Shown: positions 47,272 through 55,926 of the stretch, in pieces
Position numbering within the stretch: the stretch's first letter is position 1
Layout: each line of letters opens with the position of its first letter
Source of the DNA: an archaeon
GTDB lineage: Archaea; Undinarchaeota; Undinarchaeia; Undinarchaeales; JBDRKL01
NCBI GenBank assembly: GCA_043814055.1
Contig: JBDRKL010000012.1
Coordinates: 64,001 to 128,000 of the forward strand
Reading direction: 5' to 3'
Length of the DNA stretch: 64,000 nt
The notes under the pieces: model-generated
What the model saw: the letters and a program-made list of their open reading frames with translations, nothing else
What the model was told of the DNA's origin: nothing
Databases searched by the model: none
Position numbers and translations under genes: made by a program

Positions 47272-50200
47272 AAAGAGATGTGAAAAAAGTGCTTGTGATT
47301 GGCTCTGGCCCGATTGTGATAGGCCAGGCTGCAGAGTTTGACTACTCAGGAAGCCAGGCGCTAAAGGCGATGAAAGAGGAAGGCGTCAAAACCGTGCTTG
47401 TCAATTCAAATCCCGCTACTATTCAGACTGACAGGGACATGGCTGATGCAGTTTACATAGAACCGCTGACCCCCGAGATTGTTGAGAAAGTGATTGAAAA
47501 GGAGAAACCGGACGGAATTTTGTCCGGGATGGGAGGGCAGACAGCGTTGAATATAATTTCTGAATTGGCTGAACGCGGAGTTCTTGAAAAGCACAATGTT
47601 CAAGTGCTTGGGACTCCGGTTGATACGATTGAAACCAGCGAAAACAGGGAGTTGTTCAAGCAGATGATGCTCAAGATTGGGGAGCCGGTTCCGAAGTCAA
47701 AGAGCGTGAACACAGTTCAAGAGGCGCTGGATTTTGCAGAGGAAATAGGATATCCGGTTGTTGTAAGGCCGGCTTACACACTTGGCGGCTCAGGCGGCGG
47801 CATTGCCCACGACTTCGTTGACCTAGAGAGGATTGCAGGCAATGGCATTTCGCTGAGCAGGATAGGCCAGGTTCTCATAGAGGAATACCTGAGCGGCTGG
47901 AAGGAGATAGAGTACGAGGTTATGCGCGATTCTGCTGACAACTGCATAACCATCTGCAATATGGAGAACCTTGACCCGATGGGAATACACACAGGGGATA
48001 GCATTGTTGTTGCGCCGTCGCAGACGCTGAGCGATGATGATTACCACATGCTGCGCTCGGCGAGCCTGAAAATTATCCGCGCGCTGAAAGTGGAGGGCGG
48101 GTGCAACATACAGTTTGCCCTTGACCCAAAAAGCAGCGATTATAGAATCATAGAAGTCAACCCGAGAGTTTCAAGAAGCTCAGCGCTCGCGTCAAAAGCA
48201 ACCGGATACCCAATAGCACTCATCTCCGCTAAGATAGCAATTGGCAGAACGCTTGGTGAGATACCAAACGCAGTAACTAAAGACACGCCAGCCTCTTTTG
48301 AGCCGGCGCTGGATTATATTGTTGTTAAAATACCAAGATGGCCATTTGAGAAGTTCCCAATGGCTGACAGAACCCTTGGAACCGAGATGCGCAGCACTGG
48401 TGAGGTGATGGCAATAGGCAGGACGTTTGAGGAGGCGCTGGACAAGGCAGTGAGGAGCTTGGATATTGGGAAGAAATTGATTGATGGGACTGGGGAGATG
48501 GATAAGGGGCACTTGAGAGAATTTTTGACAGTCGCAACTCACAAGCGGCTGTTCCACATAGTTGACGCGATTAAGAGCGGATTTTCAGACGAGGAGATTG
48601 TTGAGCTCACAAAGATAGATCCGTGGTTTATCTGGAAAGTACGGAGCATTGTGGAGAGTGGAGATGGGAAAAAGAAAAAGTGCTACAAGATGGTGGACAC
48701 TTGCGCGGCAGAGTTTGAGGCAAAGACGCCGTATTACTATTCGACTGAAGGCGATGTAAGTGAGAGCGTTGCATCAAACAAGAAGAAAATAATTATACTT
48801 GGCTCCGGGCCAATACGGATAGGACAGGGTATTGAGTTTGACTACTGCACTGTTCACGCGGTGTGGGCGCTTAGGGAGATGGGCATAGAGACAATTGTAA
48901 TTAACAACAACCCAGAGACAGTTTCAACTGATTATGACACTTCGGATAAATTGTATTTTGAGCCGCTTGATTTTGAGCACGTGATGAATGTTGTGAACGT
49001 GGAGAAACCAACAGGCATTATAACCCAGTTCGGCGGGCAGACAGCTGTAAATCTTTCTTTGCCTTTAGAAAAAGCAGGTGTTAAAGTCTTTGGAACCTCA
49101 CCAAAAAGTATGGACTTGGCTGAGGACAGGACTAAATTCACAAAGGTTTTGAAAAAGCTCAAGATACCGCAGGCAAACTATGGTGTTGCACACAGCTTTG
49201 AAGATGCAAAGAAGGTTGTTGCCAGTATTGGCTATCCGGTTTTGGTCAGGCCGTCTTATGTTCTTGGTGGCAGGGCAATGGAGATAGTGCATAGCGAAGA
49301 TGAACTTGTGAATTACATGAAAGAGGCCAGAAAAGTTTCTGAAAAGCGACCCATACTCATTGACCAATTTTTGCAGAATGCGATAGAAGTTGATGTTGAT
49401 GCGGTGTGTGATGGAAGTGAAGTGCTTATTGGCGGCATCATGGAGCACATAGAGCAGGCAGGAGTGCACTCTGGGGACAGCTCGTGCGTTGTGCCACCGC
49501 AGAGTTTGAGCAACGAGATTGTGAAGAAAATCAGGGATTACACTAAAAAGCTTGCGCTAGGTTTGAATGTTGTTGGGTTAATGAATGTGCAGTATGCGGT
49601 GAAAGATGAGGTGGTTTATGTTCTTGAGGCGAACCCGCGGAGCTCAAGGACAGTGCCGTTCATAAGCAAGGCAACAGGGATTCCGCTCGCGAAGATTGCG
49701 GCGCAGGTCATAGCCGGAAAGAAATTAAAAGAGTTAAAAGTGAAGAACAAAATTCTGAATCATGTTTCAGTTAAGTCCGTTGTTTTCCCGTTCAACAAGC
49801 TGCCTGGCTCTGACACCAAGCTCGGGCCTGAGATGAAGAGCACTGGAGAAAGCATGGGCATAGCTGACAGCTTCCCGGAGGCATTTTACAAGGCACAGCT
49901 CGGCGCAGGCGTTGAGATTCCATCAGATGGGTGTGTTTTTTTCGCTGTGAACCACGAGGACAAAGAGCATATCACTGAGATAGCGCGCGGCTTTGAGGGG
50001 CTGGGGTTTGAGATACTTGCAGTTGGCCGAACTGCAAAAATTCTCCGCGTGGACGGCGTTTCAGTTAGAAAAGTCTTTAAGGCCAGCGAGGGAAACCTAA
50101 ACATTGTTGACCTTATCAAGCGCGGAGAAGTGGACCTTGTGATTAACACGCCGACAAAAGGAGGATCAGCGAATAGGGATGGCTATAAGATACGGACGGC

Positions 50201-50321
50201 GTGCATACGCTCAAATGTTCCGTGCATAACAACGCTTGCAGGGGCAAGGGCTGCGCTCAAGGCGATTGAAAATGCAGGTAGGGGCGGGATGCAGGTTAAG
50301 CCGCTTGGGGATTACTACTGA
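47268..50321 (+). CDS. carB: Carbamoyl-phosphate synthase large subunit
   Basis: GSGPIVIGQAAEFDYSG, two ATP-grasp units, MGS domain. Confidence 0.97.
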   Translation: MKRDVKKVLVIGSGPIVIGQAAEFDYSGSQALKAMKEEGVKTVLVNSNPATIQTDRDMADAVYIEPLTPEIVEKVIEKEKPDGILSGMGGQTALNIISELAERGVLEKHNVQVLGTPVDTIETSENRELFKQMMLKIGEPVPKSKSVNTVQEALDFAEEIGYPVVVRPAYTLGGSGGGIAHDFVDLERIAGNGISLSRIGQVLIEEYLSGWKEIEYEVMRDSADNCITICNMENLDPMGIHTGDSIVVAPSQTLSDDDYHMLRSASLKIIRALKVEGGCNIQFALDPKSSDYRIIEVNPRVSRSSALASKATGYPIALISAKIAIGRTLGEIPNAVTKDTPASFEPALDYIVVKIPRWPFEKFPMADRTLGTEMRSTGEVMAIGRTFEEALDKAVRSLDIGKKLIDGTGEMDKGHLREFLTVATHKRLFHIVDAIKSGFSDEEIVELTKIDPWFIWKVRSIVESGDGKKKKCYKMVDTCAAEFEAKTPYYYSTEGDVSESVASNKKKIIILGSGPIRIGQGIEFDYCTVHAVWALREMGIETIVINNNPETVSTDYDTSDKLYFEPLDFEHVMNVVNVEKPTGIITQFGGQTAVNLSLPLEKAGVKVFGTSPKSMDLAEDRTKFTKVLKKLKIPQANYGVAHSFEDAKKVVASIGYPVLVRPSYVLGGRAMEIVHSEDELVNYMKEARKVSEKRPILIDQFLQNAIEVDVDAVCDGSEVLIGGIMEHIEQAGVHSGDSSCVVPPQSLSNEIVKKIRDYTKKLALGLNVVGLMNVQYAVKDEVVYVLEANPRSSRTVPFISKATGIPLAKIAAQVIAGKKLKELKVKNKILNHVSVKSVVFPFNKLPGSDTKLGPEMKSTGESMGIADSFPEAFYKAQLGAGVEIPSDGCVFFAVNHEDKEHITEIARGFEGLGFEILAVGRTAKILRVDGVSVRKVFKASEGNLNIVDLIKRGEVDLVINTPTKGGSANRDGYKIRTACIRSNVPCITTLAGARAALKAIENAGRGGMQVKPLGDYY

Positions 50322-50812
50322 GGAAGCCTTGGCCGACGGCCGGTTTCTTTAACAAGCCGGTTAAATTTGTCCTGCAAATCTGTCATAGCGTATTCAATCA
50401 GCTCATCCAATTTGGAGATGTCTTCTTCTGTGACTTTCAAAAAAAGAGTGAATGAATGCTGGACGCCTTTTAATTGATTCAAGTTGTTTTGGGTGGTTTC
50501 AAAATCTCTGCGAAGTGAGGTGATTGTGAAGGGGGATGAATGGTTTTCCTTTAAAGAGCGTGCGATGCCTGCAATTCGGAATTCCTCGTGCTGTATTGAA
50601 TCGTCTATTTGCGCCAGTATTCCTTTGAACTCTTCTTGCCGTGCGAGCAGAGCCTTTTTAAACGTATTCAAACCAGGCAGGATGGAATTGAAGTCCTTGT
50701 AGTCCTGATCAGAAATGCGGGCGCGTGACTTGGTAAAAAATTTGTCTGCCCACGCCCTGAGACCCTCTTCAAGTTCCTCAGTGAGGTGATTGTACCCCTT
50801 TTGATCACCCAT
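50315..50812 (-). CDS. Hypothetical coiled-coil protein
   Basis: 165-aa helical ORF with TATA-like box upstream. Confidence 0.6.
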   Translation of the reverse strand: MGDQKGYNHLTEELEEGLRAWADKFFTKSRARISDQDYKDFNSILPGLNTFKKALLARQEEFKGILAQIDDSIQHEEFRIAGIARSLKENHSSPFTITSLRRDFETTQNNLNQLKGVQHSFTLFLKVTEEDISKLDELIEYAMTDLQDKFNRLVKETGRRPRLPQ

Positions 50813-50891
50813 ATGATAAAATAGTTGTTTTCGCTGTATAAAAGCTTTTATGGAAAGGTATAAATCACATTTTAAACATGATATTTTAGAT

Positions 50892-50933
50892 ATGGGCGCA
50901 AAAACTTCAGTTCGGAGAAGCAGGCGGCTTTAG
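50892..50933 (+). promoter_or_regulatory. Candidate Arg-rich leader peptide MGAKTSVRRSRRL*
   Basis: TATA GTATAAAT 50858-50865; codons CGG AGA AGC AGG CGG; overlapping hairpins and downstream T-tract. Confidence 0.4.
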
Positions 50934-51015
50934 CCGCGCCCATCGGTATCTTTTTATTCACCCAAAGATTATTAGTCTTCAGCCAATGGGCTGTTGACGG
51001 TGTAAGGCAAAAAAA

Positions 51016-51202
51016 GGATCCGTAGCCTAGTCTGGATAAGGCGACAGCCTTCTAACAACCGCAAAATCGGTTGACGCTTTGGGTCGCATTCCGCTTCGCG
51101 GAAGCGACCCGGCTCGCGCGTTCGCACGCGCTCGCTCGGTCAATTCGAGCAAGTTGGTTGGAAGCCAGCTGTAAATCAGGGGTTCAAATCCCCTCGGATC
51201 CA
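51016..51202 (+). tRNA. tRNA-Arg(TCT) with 112-nt 37/38 intron (51055-51166)
   Basis: GGATCCG/CGGATCC acceptor; ACAGC-CTTCTA[intron]A-GCTGT; canonical BHB CTTC/GAAG with 3-nt bulges. Confidence 0.95.
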
Positions 51203-51216
51203 CTCAAACCTAAAAT

Positions 51217-51466
51217 GGGCCAGTAGCCTAGTCTGGATACGAGGCGGAAGCAAGCTCCCGCTTGTTTCCAGCTCCGCTGGAAAAGGCGTCAGGCTTCGGA
51301 CCAGCGGCAAATTCATTTGCTCTGGAAGGATACCTGAAGACCGAGGGTTCAAAACTCCGCCGCTGCGGAGGATAGCAGGGGGCTTGGTTAAAACCGAGCA
51401 TTCCGCCAAAAGCGGAAGCCCCCTATAAAATGCAGCGCCGGACTGAAAATCCCTTCTGGCCCACCA
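51217..51466 (+). tRNA. tRNA-Arg(TCG) with three introns (D-loop about 51240-51283, 37/38 about 51300-51331, 59/60 51354-51449)
   Basis: Removing the three inserts gives a complete cloverleaf GGGCCAG...CTGGCCC-A-CCA. Confidence 0.88.
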
Positions 51467-51502
51467 TAATCATTAAAACCAAGGAAAACCTACGGGAAAA
51501 CA

Positions 51503-53665
51503 ATGGCAAAGAAAGAAAAGTCAAAAAAAGCGGTAAAGAAGAAGGTAATGCCGAAAACTCTAAAGAAGAAGGCAGCCATTAAGAAGAAACTAGTAGTGAA
51601 GAAGAAAGCTTTGATTAAGAAAAAAATTGTAGTGAAGAAGAAACCAGTGTCTAAGAAGAAAGTGACACCAAAGAAGAAGGTTTCAAAACCAAAGAAAGCC
51701 CTTGCAAAGAAAAAGCTGGTGGTGAAAAAGAAAGCTGCAAAACCGAAAGCCAAAAAGGCAGCGATTAAGAAGAAACCGGTAAAAGCAAAGAAAACTGTGA
51801 AGAAGACAACAGTTAAGAAGAAGGTTTCAATAAAAAAGAAGGCTGTAAAAGCCAAGAAAAAAGCAGCAAAACCTAAGAAGCCGCCGGAACCAAAAGAAGA
51901 GCAAGAACCTGAGAAACCAAATGAACCTACCTATGACCCGTGGCAGGAACTAAAGAATCAGGCACAAGCAGCGATTGAAGAAGCTGTGAAGACCGCGAAG
52001 ATTAAGGTTCCATCAGAGGTAAATTTTGCAACTGCGATTGAAGAGCCGCCAAGCGCCAAGATGGGAGATGTGGCTTGTAGCATTGCGTTTTCATTGGGAA
52101 GAGCATCTAAGAAGAACCCAAGACAGCTTGCGGAACTGCTCATATCAAAAGTAAAGAAGCCGCCAATTTTCAAGAAGGTTGCGCTCGCAGGAGCGTACAT
52201 CAATTTCTTTCTGGATCACGATAAGTTCGCAAAGCACATTCTTGCAAAGGTTGTTGACGACGATTATGGCCGGGGAGGGAAGAAGGGCGACAAGGTAATG
52301 GCAGAGTTCTGCCAGGTTAACACGCACAAGGCGTTTCATATTGGGCATATTAGGGGAACCATACTTGGCGAGACTATTTCACGCATTTTGGAGTACAGCG
52401 GGTATGAAGTTGTGAGAGCAAATTACCAAGGGGACATTGGCTCGCACGTTGCAAAGTGGATGTGGTATTATAACAAGTTCAAGAGTGGAGAGAGCCCGCA
52501 TGGCAAGGGGGAAACCTGGCTTGCTAATATTTACCGGGCTGCCACGCAGGAGCTAAGGGAGCACCCTGAATACGAGAAAGAGACCAGCGAGATTCTGCAG
52601 AAGCTTGAAGCCGGTGAAGATGAAAAACTGATGCAGGCCTGGCGGGAAACTCGGCAGTGGTCGCTTGATGAGTATGAGAAAATTTACAAAGAGCTTGACG
52701 TGCGATTTGACCGATATTTCTTTGAGAGCGAGATGGGAAACTCTGGCAAGGAAATCGTGGACGAACTGCTCAAGAAAAAGATTGCAAAGATGAGCGAGGG
52801 CGCTATTGTGATAAATTTGGAGAAGTTTGGGCTCGGAACGTATCTTTTGCTTAAGAGCGACGGGACCGCGCTTTATTCCACCAAGGACCTGGCGCTTGCA
52901 AAGGCTAAGTTTGAAGAGTTTGGAATTGATATTTCACTTTATGTTGTTGGATCAGAGCAGCGGCTTTATTTCCAGCAGCTGTTCAAGACGCTTGAGCTGA
53001 TGGGCTTCAAGCGCGCGAAGAAGTGCCACCATCTTGCTTTTGACCTGATAAGCCTGAAGGAAGGCAAGATGTCCTCAAGGGAAGGTACTGCCATTTTATA
53101 TTCTGAGCTGAGAGACGGGATGTTCAAGAGGGCGCTTGAAGAAGTTATGGAAAGAAATCCGGAGATGGACCCGCACGAACAGAAGATCATTGCGAATAAA
53201 GTTGCGTACGGCGCGATGAAGTTTGACATACTTAACATAAACAACAACAAGACAATATTCTTTGACTGGGAAAAAGCACTTGAATTTGAGGGCGAGACCG
53301 CGCCTTATGTGCAGTACGCCGGAGTTCGATGCAAGAGAATACTTGAGAAGGCTGGAAAAGTGCCTGAGACTGGAAAAGTTGACTTCGGAAAGCTGAAGCT
53401 TGCAGCAGAGCACGAGCTTGTCAAGATGCTCGCGAGATTCCCTGGGGTTATTGCCACGGCTGCGAAGGAGTACAAACCGCACTTCATTGCGAATTATGTA
53501 TATGGGCTAGCTGACAAGTTTAGCACTTTCTATACCGAGGCGCCTATAATGGACGCGGGAGATAAGGCAACAAAAGATGCTCGGCTTATGCTGCTAAGCG
53601 CAACATATAAAACCCTTGAGAAAGCCCTATATCTGCTCGGAATAGAAATTCCTGAGCGTATGTAA
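51503..53665 (+). CDS. argS: Arginyl-tRNA synthetase with about 140-aa Lys/Ala/Pro/Val-rich N-terminal extension
   Basis: NTHKAFHIGHIR (HIGH), KMSSREG, GETAPYVQYA, LGIEIPERM. Confidence 0.96.
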   Translation: MAKKEKSKKAVKKKVMPKTLKKKAAIKKKLVVKKKALIKKKIVVKKKPVSKKKVTPKKKVSKPKKALAKKKLVVKKKAAKPKAKKAAIKKKPVKAKKTVKKTTVKKKVSIKKKAVKAKKKAAKPKKPPEPKEEQEPEKPNEPTYDPWQELKNQAQAAIEEAVKTAKIKVPSEVNFATAIEEPPSAKMGDVACSIAFSLGRASKKNPRQLAELLISKVKKPPIFKKVALAGAYINFFLDHDKFAKHILAKVVDDDYGRGGKKGDKVMAEFCQVNTHKAFHIGHIRGTILGETISRILEYSGYEVVRANYQGDIGSHVAKWMWYYNKFKSGESPHGKGETWLANIYRAATQELREHPEYEKETSEILQKLEAGEDEKLMQAWRETRQWSLDEYEKIYKELDVRFDRYFFESEMGNSGKEIVDELLKKKIAKMSEGAIVINLEKFGLGTYLLLKSDGTALYSTKDLALAKAKFEEFGIDISLYVVGSEQRLYFQQLFKTLELMGFKRAKKCHHLAFDLISLKEGKMSSREGTAILYSELRDGMFKRALEEVMERNPEMDPHEQKIIANKVAYGAMKFDILNINNNKTIFFDWEKALEFEGETAPYVQYAGVRCKRILEKAGKVPETGKVDFGKLKLAAEHELVKMLARFPGVIATAAKEYKPHFIANYVYGLADKFSTFYTEAPIMDAGDKATKDARLMLLSATYKTLEKALYLLGIEIPERM

Positions 53666-53680
53666 TAGAGACAAAAGTGT

Positions 53681-53863
53681 GCCAGGGTAGCCTAGTTTGG
53701 ATAAGGCGACAGCCTCCTAACAGCGGCAAATTCCGCTGGCAAATTGGGCCGCATTCGGCTTTCAGCCGAAGCGACCCGGCCCGCTGCGCGGGCAAAAGCC
53801 AATAGCGGAAAGCTGATGGAAGCAAGCTGTAAGTCGAGGGTTCAAATCCCTCCTCTGGTGCCA
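53681..53863 (+). tRNA. tRNA-Arg(CCT) with 105-nt 37/38 intron (53720-53824)
   Basis: GCCAGGG/CTCTGGT acceptor; ACAGC-CTCCTA[intron]A-GCTGT; encoded CCA. Confidence 0.92.
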
Positions 53864-53868
53864 TAATA

Positions 53869-54351
53869 ATGACCTTAGTAGACGAATGCAAAATAAGGGA
53901 CGCAGCGCCTGAAGATGTTGATGCAATCATAGAACTGTACAAGGAAGCCCTAGTCCCGATATGGGACAGGATACACAGGCCCTATGACCTTGTTAGGCTA
54001 AGGAGAACGCTTGAGAAACGGTTTGAAAAAGGGCATAGCGGTCTGGTGGTTGTTAGGGAGAACAAGATTATTGGGTGCGTTCTGACCGCACTGCGAACCG
54101 GGAAGATATCCAATAAAAAAGTAATGAAAATATCGTCTCTTCTGGTCAAGCCGGAATTTTTTGGGAAAGGCTTAGGCCAGGAACTCATTAGAATCGTAGA
54201 AGACACAGCAAGGCAAAATGGCGTGGAGCGGATAAGACTGAAGTGCGCCTATAAGAACACTGCACTGGAGTTCTACAACAAAATGGGTTTTCAGGAAGAC
54301 CAGATAAGCTTTATCAAGGAGCTAAAAACAAAAAAAGCCCCCGTAGTCTAG
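53869..54351 (+). CDS. GNAT family acetyltransferase
   Basis: IRDAAPEDVDAI, LLVKPEFFGKGLG, NTALEFYNKMGF. Confidence 0.85.
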   Translation: MTLVDECKIRDAAPEDVDAIIELYKEALVPIWDRIHRPYDLVRLRRTLEKRFEKGHSGLVVVRENKIIGCVLTALRTGKISNKKVMKISSLLVKPEFFGKGLGQELIRIVEDTARQNGVERIRLKCAYKNTALEFYNKMGFQEDQISFIKELKTKKAPVV

Positions 54352-54410
54352 TTTGGATAGGATGTGAGCTTGCGGAGCTCGAGGCTTGGGTTCAAATCCC
54401 GACGGGGGCA
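54337..54410 (+). tRNA. tRNA-Arg(GCG), intronless
   Basis: GCCCCCG/CGGGGGC acceptor; TGAGC-TTGCGGA-GCTCG; TTGGG-TTCAAAT-CCCGA. Confidence 0.92.
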
Positions 54411-55886
54411 CTAATGTTTTCTTTTACTAAAACTCTTTTTGAACTCGTGGCGCCAGAGCTTGTCGCGGAATGACTTTCGCTTTGAGTTGAAAAAGAAGAC
54501 TGCAGCTATTATGAGGAGTATTACAACAGCTAAAAGCAGTTTTCCGCCTAAGGAGTCCAGCAACCTGACCGGTTTTTCCTCAATTACAAATGCTGCAGAT
54601 TCGCTCTCCGCAAGCCGCTGTTCATCCACAAGAATCGTGACCTTGAGCAAGTGGTCGCCAGGCGCTTCTGGGATGTCCCAGACGCTCAACACATCCTTTT
54701 TCTCGCCCCTGAGAAGCGTGAATGAATTAAAACCAATTTTATAAGAGTCCATATAGAAGTTTACCGTGCCCTGAATGTCAATGTTTCCTGTGTTCTCAAG
54801 CGCGGCAACCAAATCTACTTGGTCTCCAATGTACGCGGAGCTGGCGTTGAGCTTGAGGCCGGCAAGTAATTTCTTTTCTTCCGCGACTGTGAAAGTCTTT
54901 GCGCACTTGCCCTTGTTGCCATACTCATCAGTTGCCTCTGCCTTTGCAGTGTACTGGCCGGGAGGGTCCTGCTTGCTTATCGGGGCTTCAAAAGAGAAGT
55001 GGCCGTTGCTATCTGAGATTGCGTCATATGTTGTTGAGATGTCCTCTGAGGTTGTAAACCAGGATTTTGTGCTTATTTTATCAAGTGGCTCGTCGTGCAC
55101 ATTGTCTATGGTTCCAAAGAGGACCACAACACCGCCTGGGTTTATGTTTGTCTTCTGGAGAGAACACGCCATCTTGAGCTCATCCGTGACAATGATGTCA
55201 TCAATGATGGAGGTTCTTGCGTTCCCGTAGTTGTCAAGAAAGTTTGCTTCTAGTGAATATGTTCCAGGAGGGTCTGACGCTTTGAATGTGTAAGCGTAGG
55301 ATATGTAGCCGTTCTTAAGGTCTGCGGAATCTGTAACAATGCCACCCAGACCGGACTCCTCAAGGCTTATGGACGCTTTGCCCTCTACCGGGAACCCGTG
55401 GGCGTTAAGGACTATACTGCTGAACTCAAGGGTTTCGCCTCGGTTGAAGATGCGAGCGTTTATGCTACGCTCAACAAAGAGGTTCTCGGTTATGGTGAAT
55501 TTGCCAGAGTAAAAATCTGCATAGGAATCGTAGCCGGTCTTTATCTTTACCTTGATTCTCCAGTCGTCCGCGGTGTTTATGGTGCTGGTTACGTCCCAGA
55601 GGAGTGTGCCCTTGGTGATTAGAGAGAATGAAACTGGGGTGTCTGCGAGGAAGGAGTATATTTTAGTGGTTATTGGAATTTCCTGGGAAGTAGAGTCGCT
55701 CACAGCAAGGAACTGGACCTCAGAGCCTGGAATGTTCTCGCCGAGCTCAATTGTTCCAGTAATCACGATTTGGTCGCCGTAGTTGAACGTGCTGTTCGCC
55801 CGCGGGTTTGAAACTGTCATTCCAGCGTGAGCCCCGGATAGCACGATTAGAAATAACACTAGGGCGCATAATGCAAGCTTTTTCAT
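54411..55886 (-). CDS. Secreted cell-surface protein with Ig-like/CARDB-like repeats and C-terminal TM anchor
   Basis: Signal peptide, repeated DPPGxY..D.YGN beta modules, LENTGN motif, TM + basic tail. Confidence 0.75.
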   Translation of the reverse strand: MKKLALCALVLFLIVLSGAHAGMTVSNPRANSTFNYGDQIVITGTIELGENIPGSEVQFLAVSDSTSQEIPITTKIYSFLADTPVSFSLITKGTLLWDVTSTINTADDWRIKVKIKTGYDSYADFYSGKFTITENLFVERSINARIFNRGETLEFSSIVLNAHGFPVEGKASISLEESGLGGIVTDSADLKNGYISYAYTFKASDPPGTYSLEANFLDNYGNARTSIIDDIIVTDELKMACSLQKTNINPGGVVVLFGTIDNVHDEPLDKISTKSWFTTSEDISTTYDAISDSNGHFSFEAPISKQDPPGQYTAKAEATDEYGNKGKCAKTFTVAEEKKLLAGLKLNASSAYIGDQVDLVAALENTGNIDIQGTVNFYMDSYKIGFNSFTLLRGEKKDVLSVWDIPEAPGDHLLKVTILVDEQRLAESESAAFVIEEKPVRLLDSLGGKLLLAVVILLIIAAVFFFNSKRKSFRDKLWRHEFKKSFSKRKH

Positions 55887-55926
55887 ATTCTCCCAAGGAT
55901 GGGTATGAATTTTGAGTATTTAAGGG

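Noticed and set aside
48590-48700. Shortened CarB oligomerisation region as evidence of a pseudogene
   Set aside because: In-frame with all catalytic motifs intact; consistent with general protein trimming in this genome
51176-51409. Minus-strand ORFs over tRNA genes (also 38137-38397 and 53586-53942)
   Set aside because: Fully explained by tRNA and intron sequence on the plus strand
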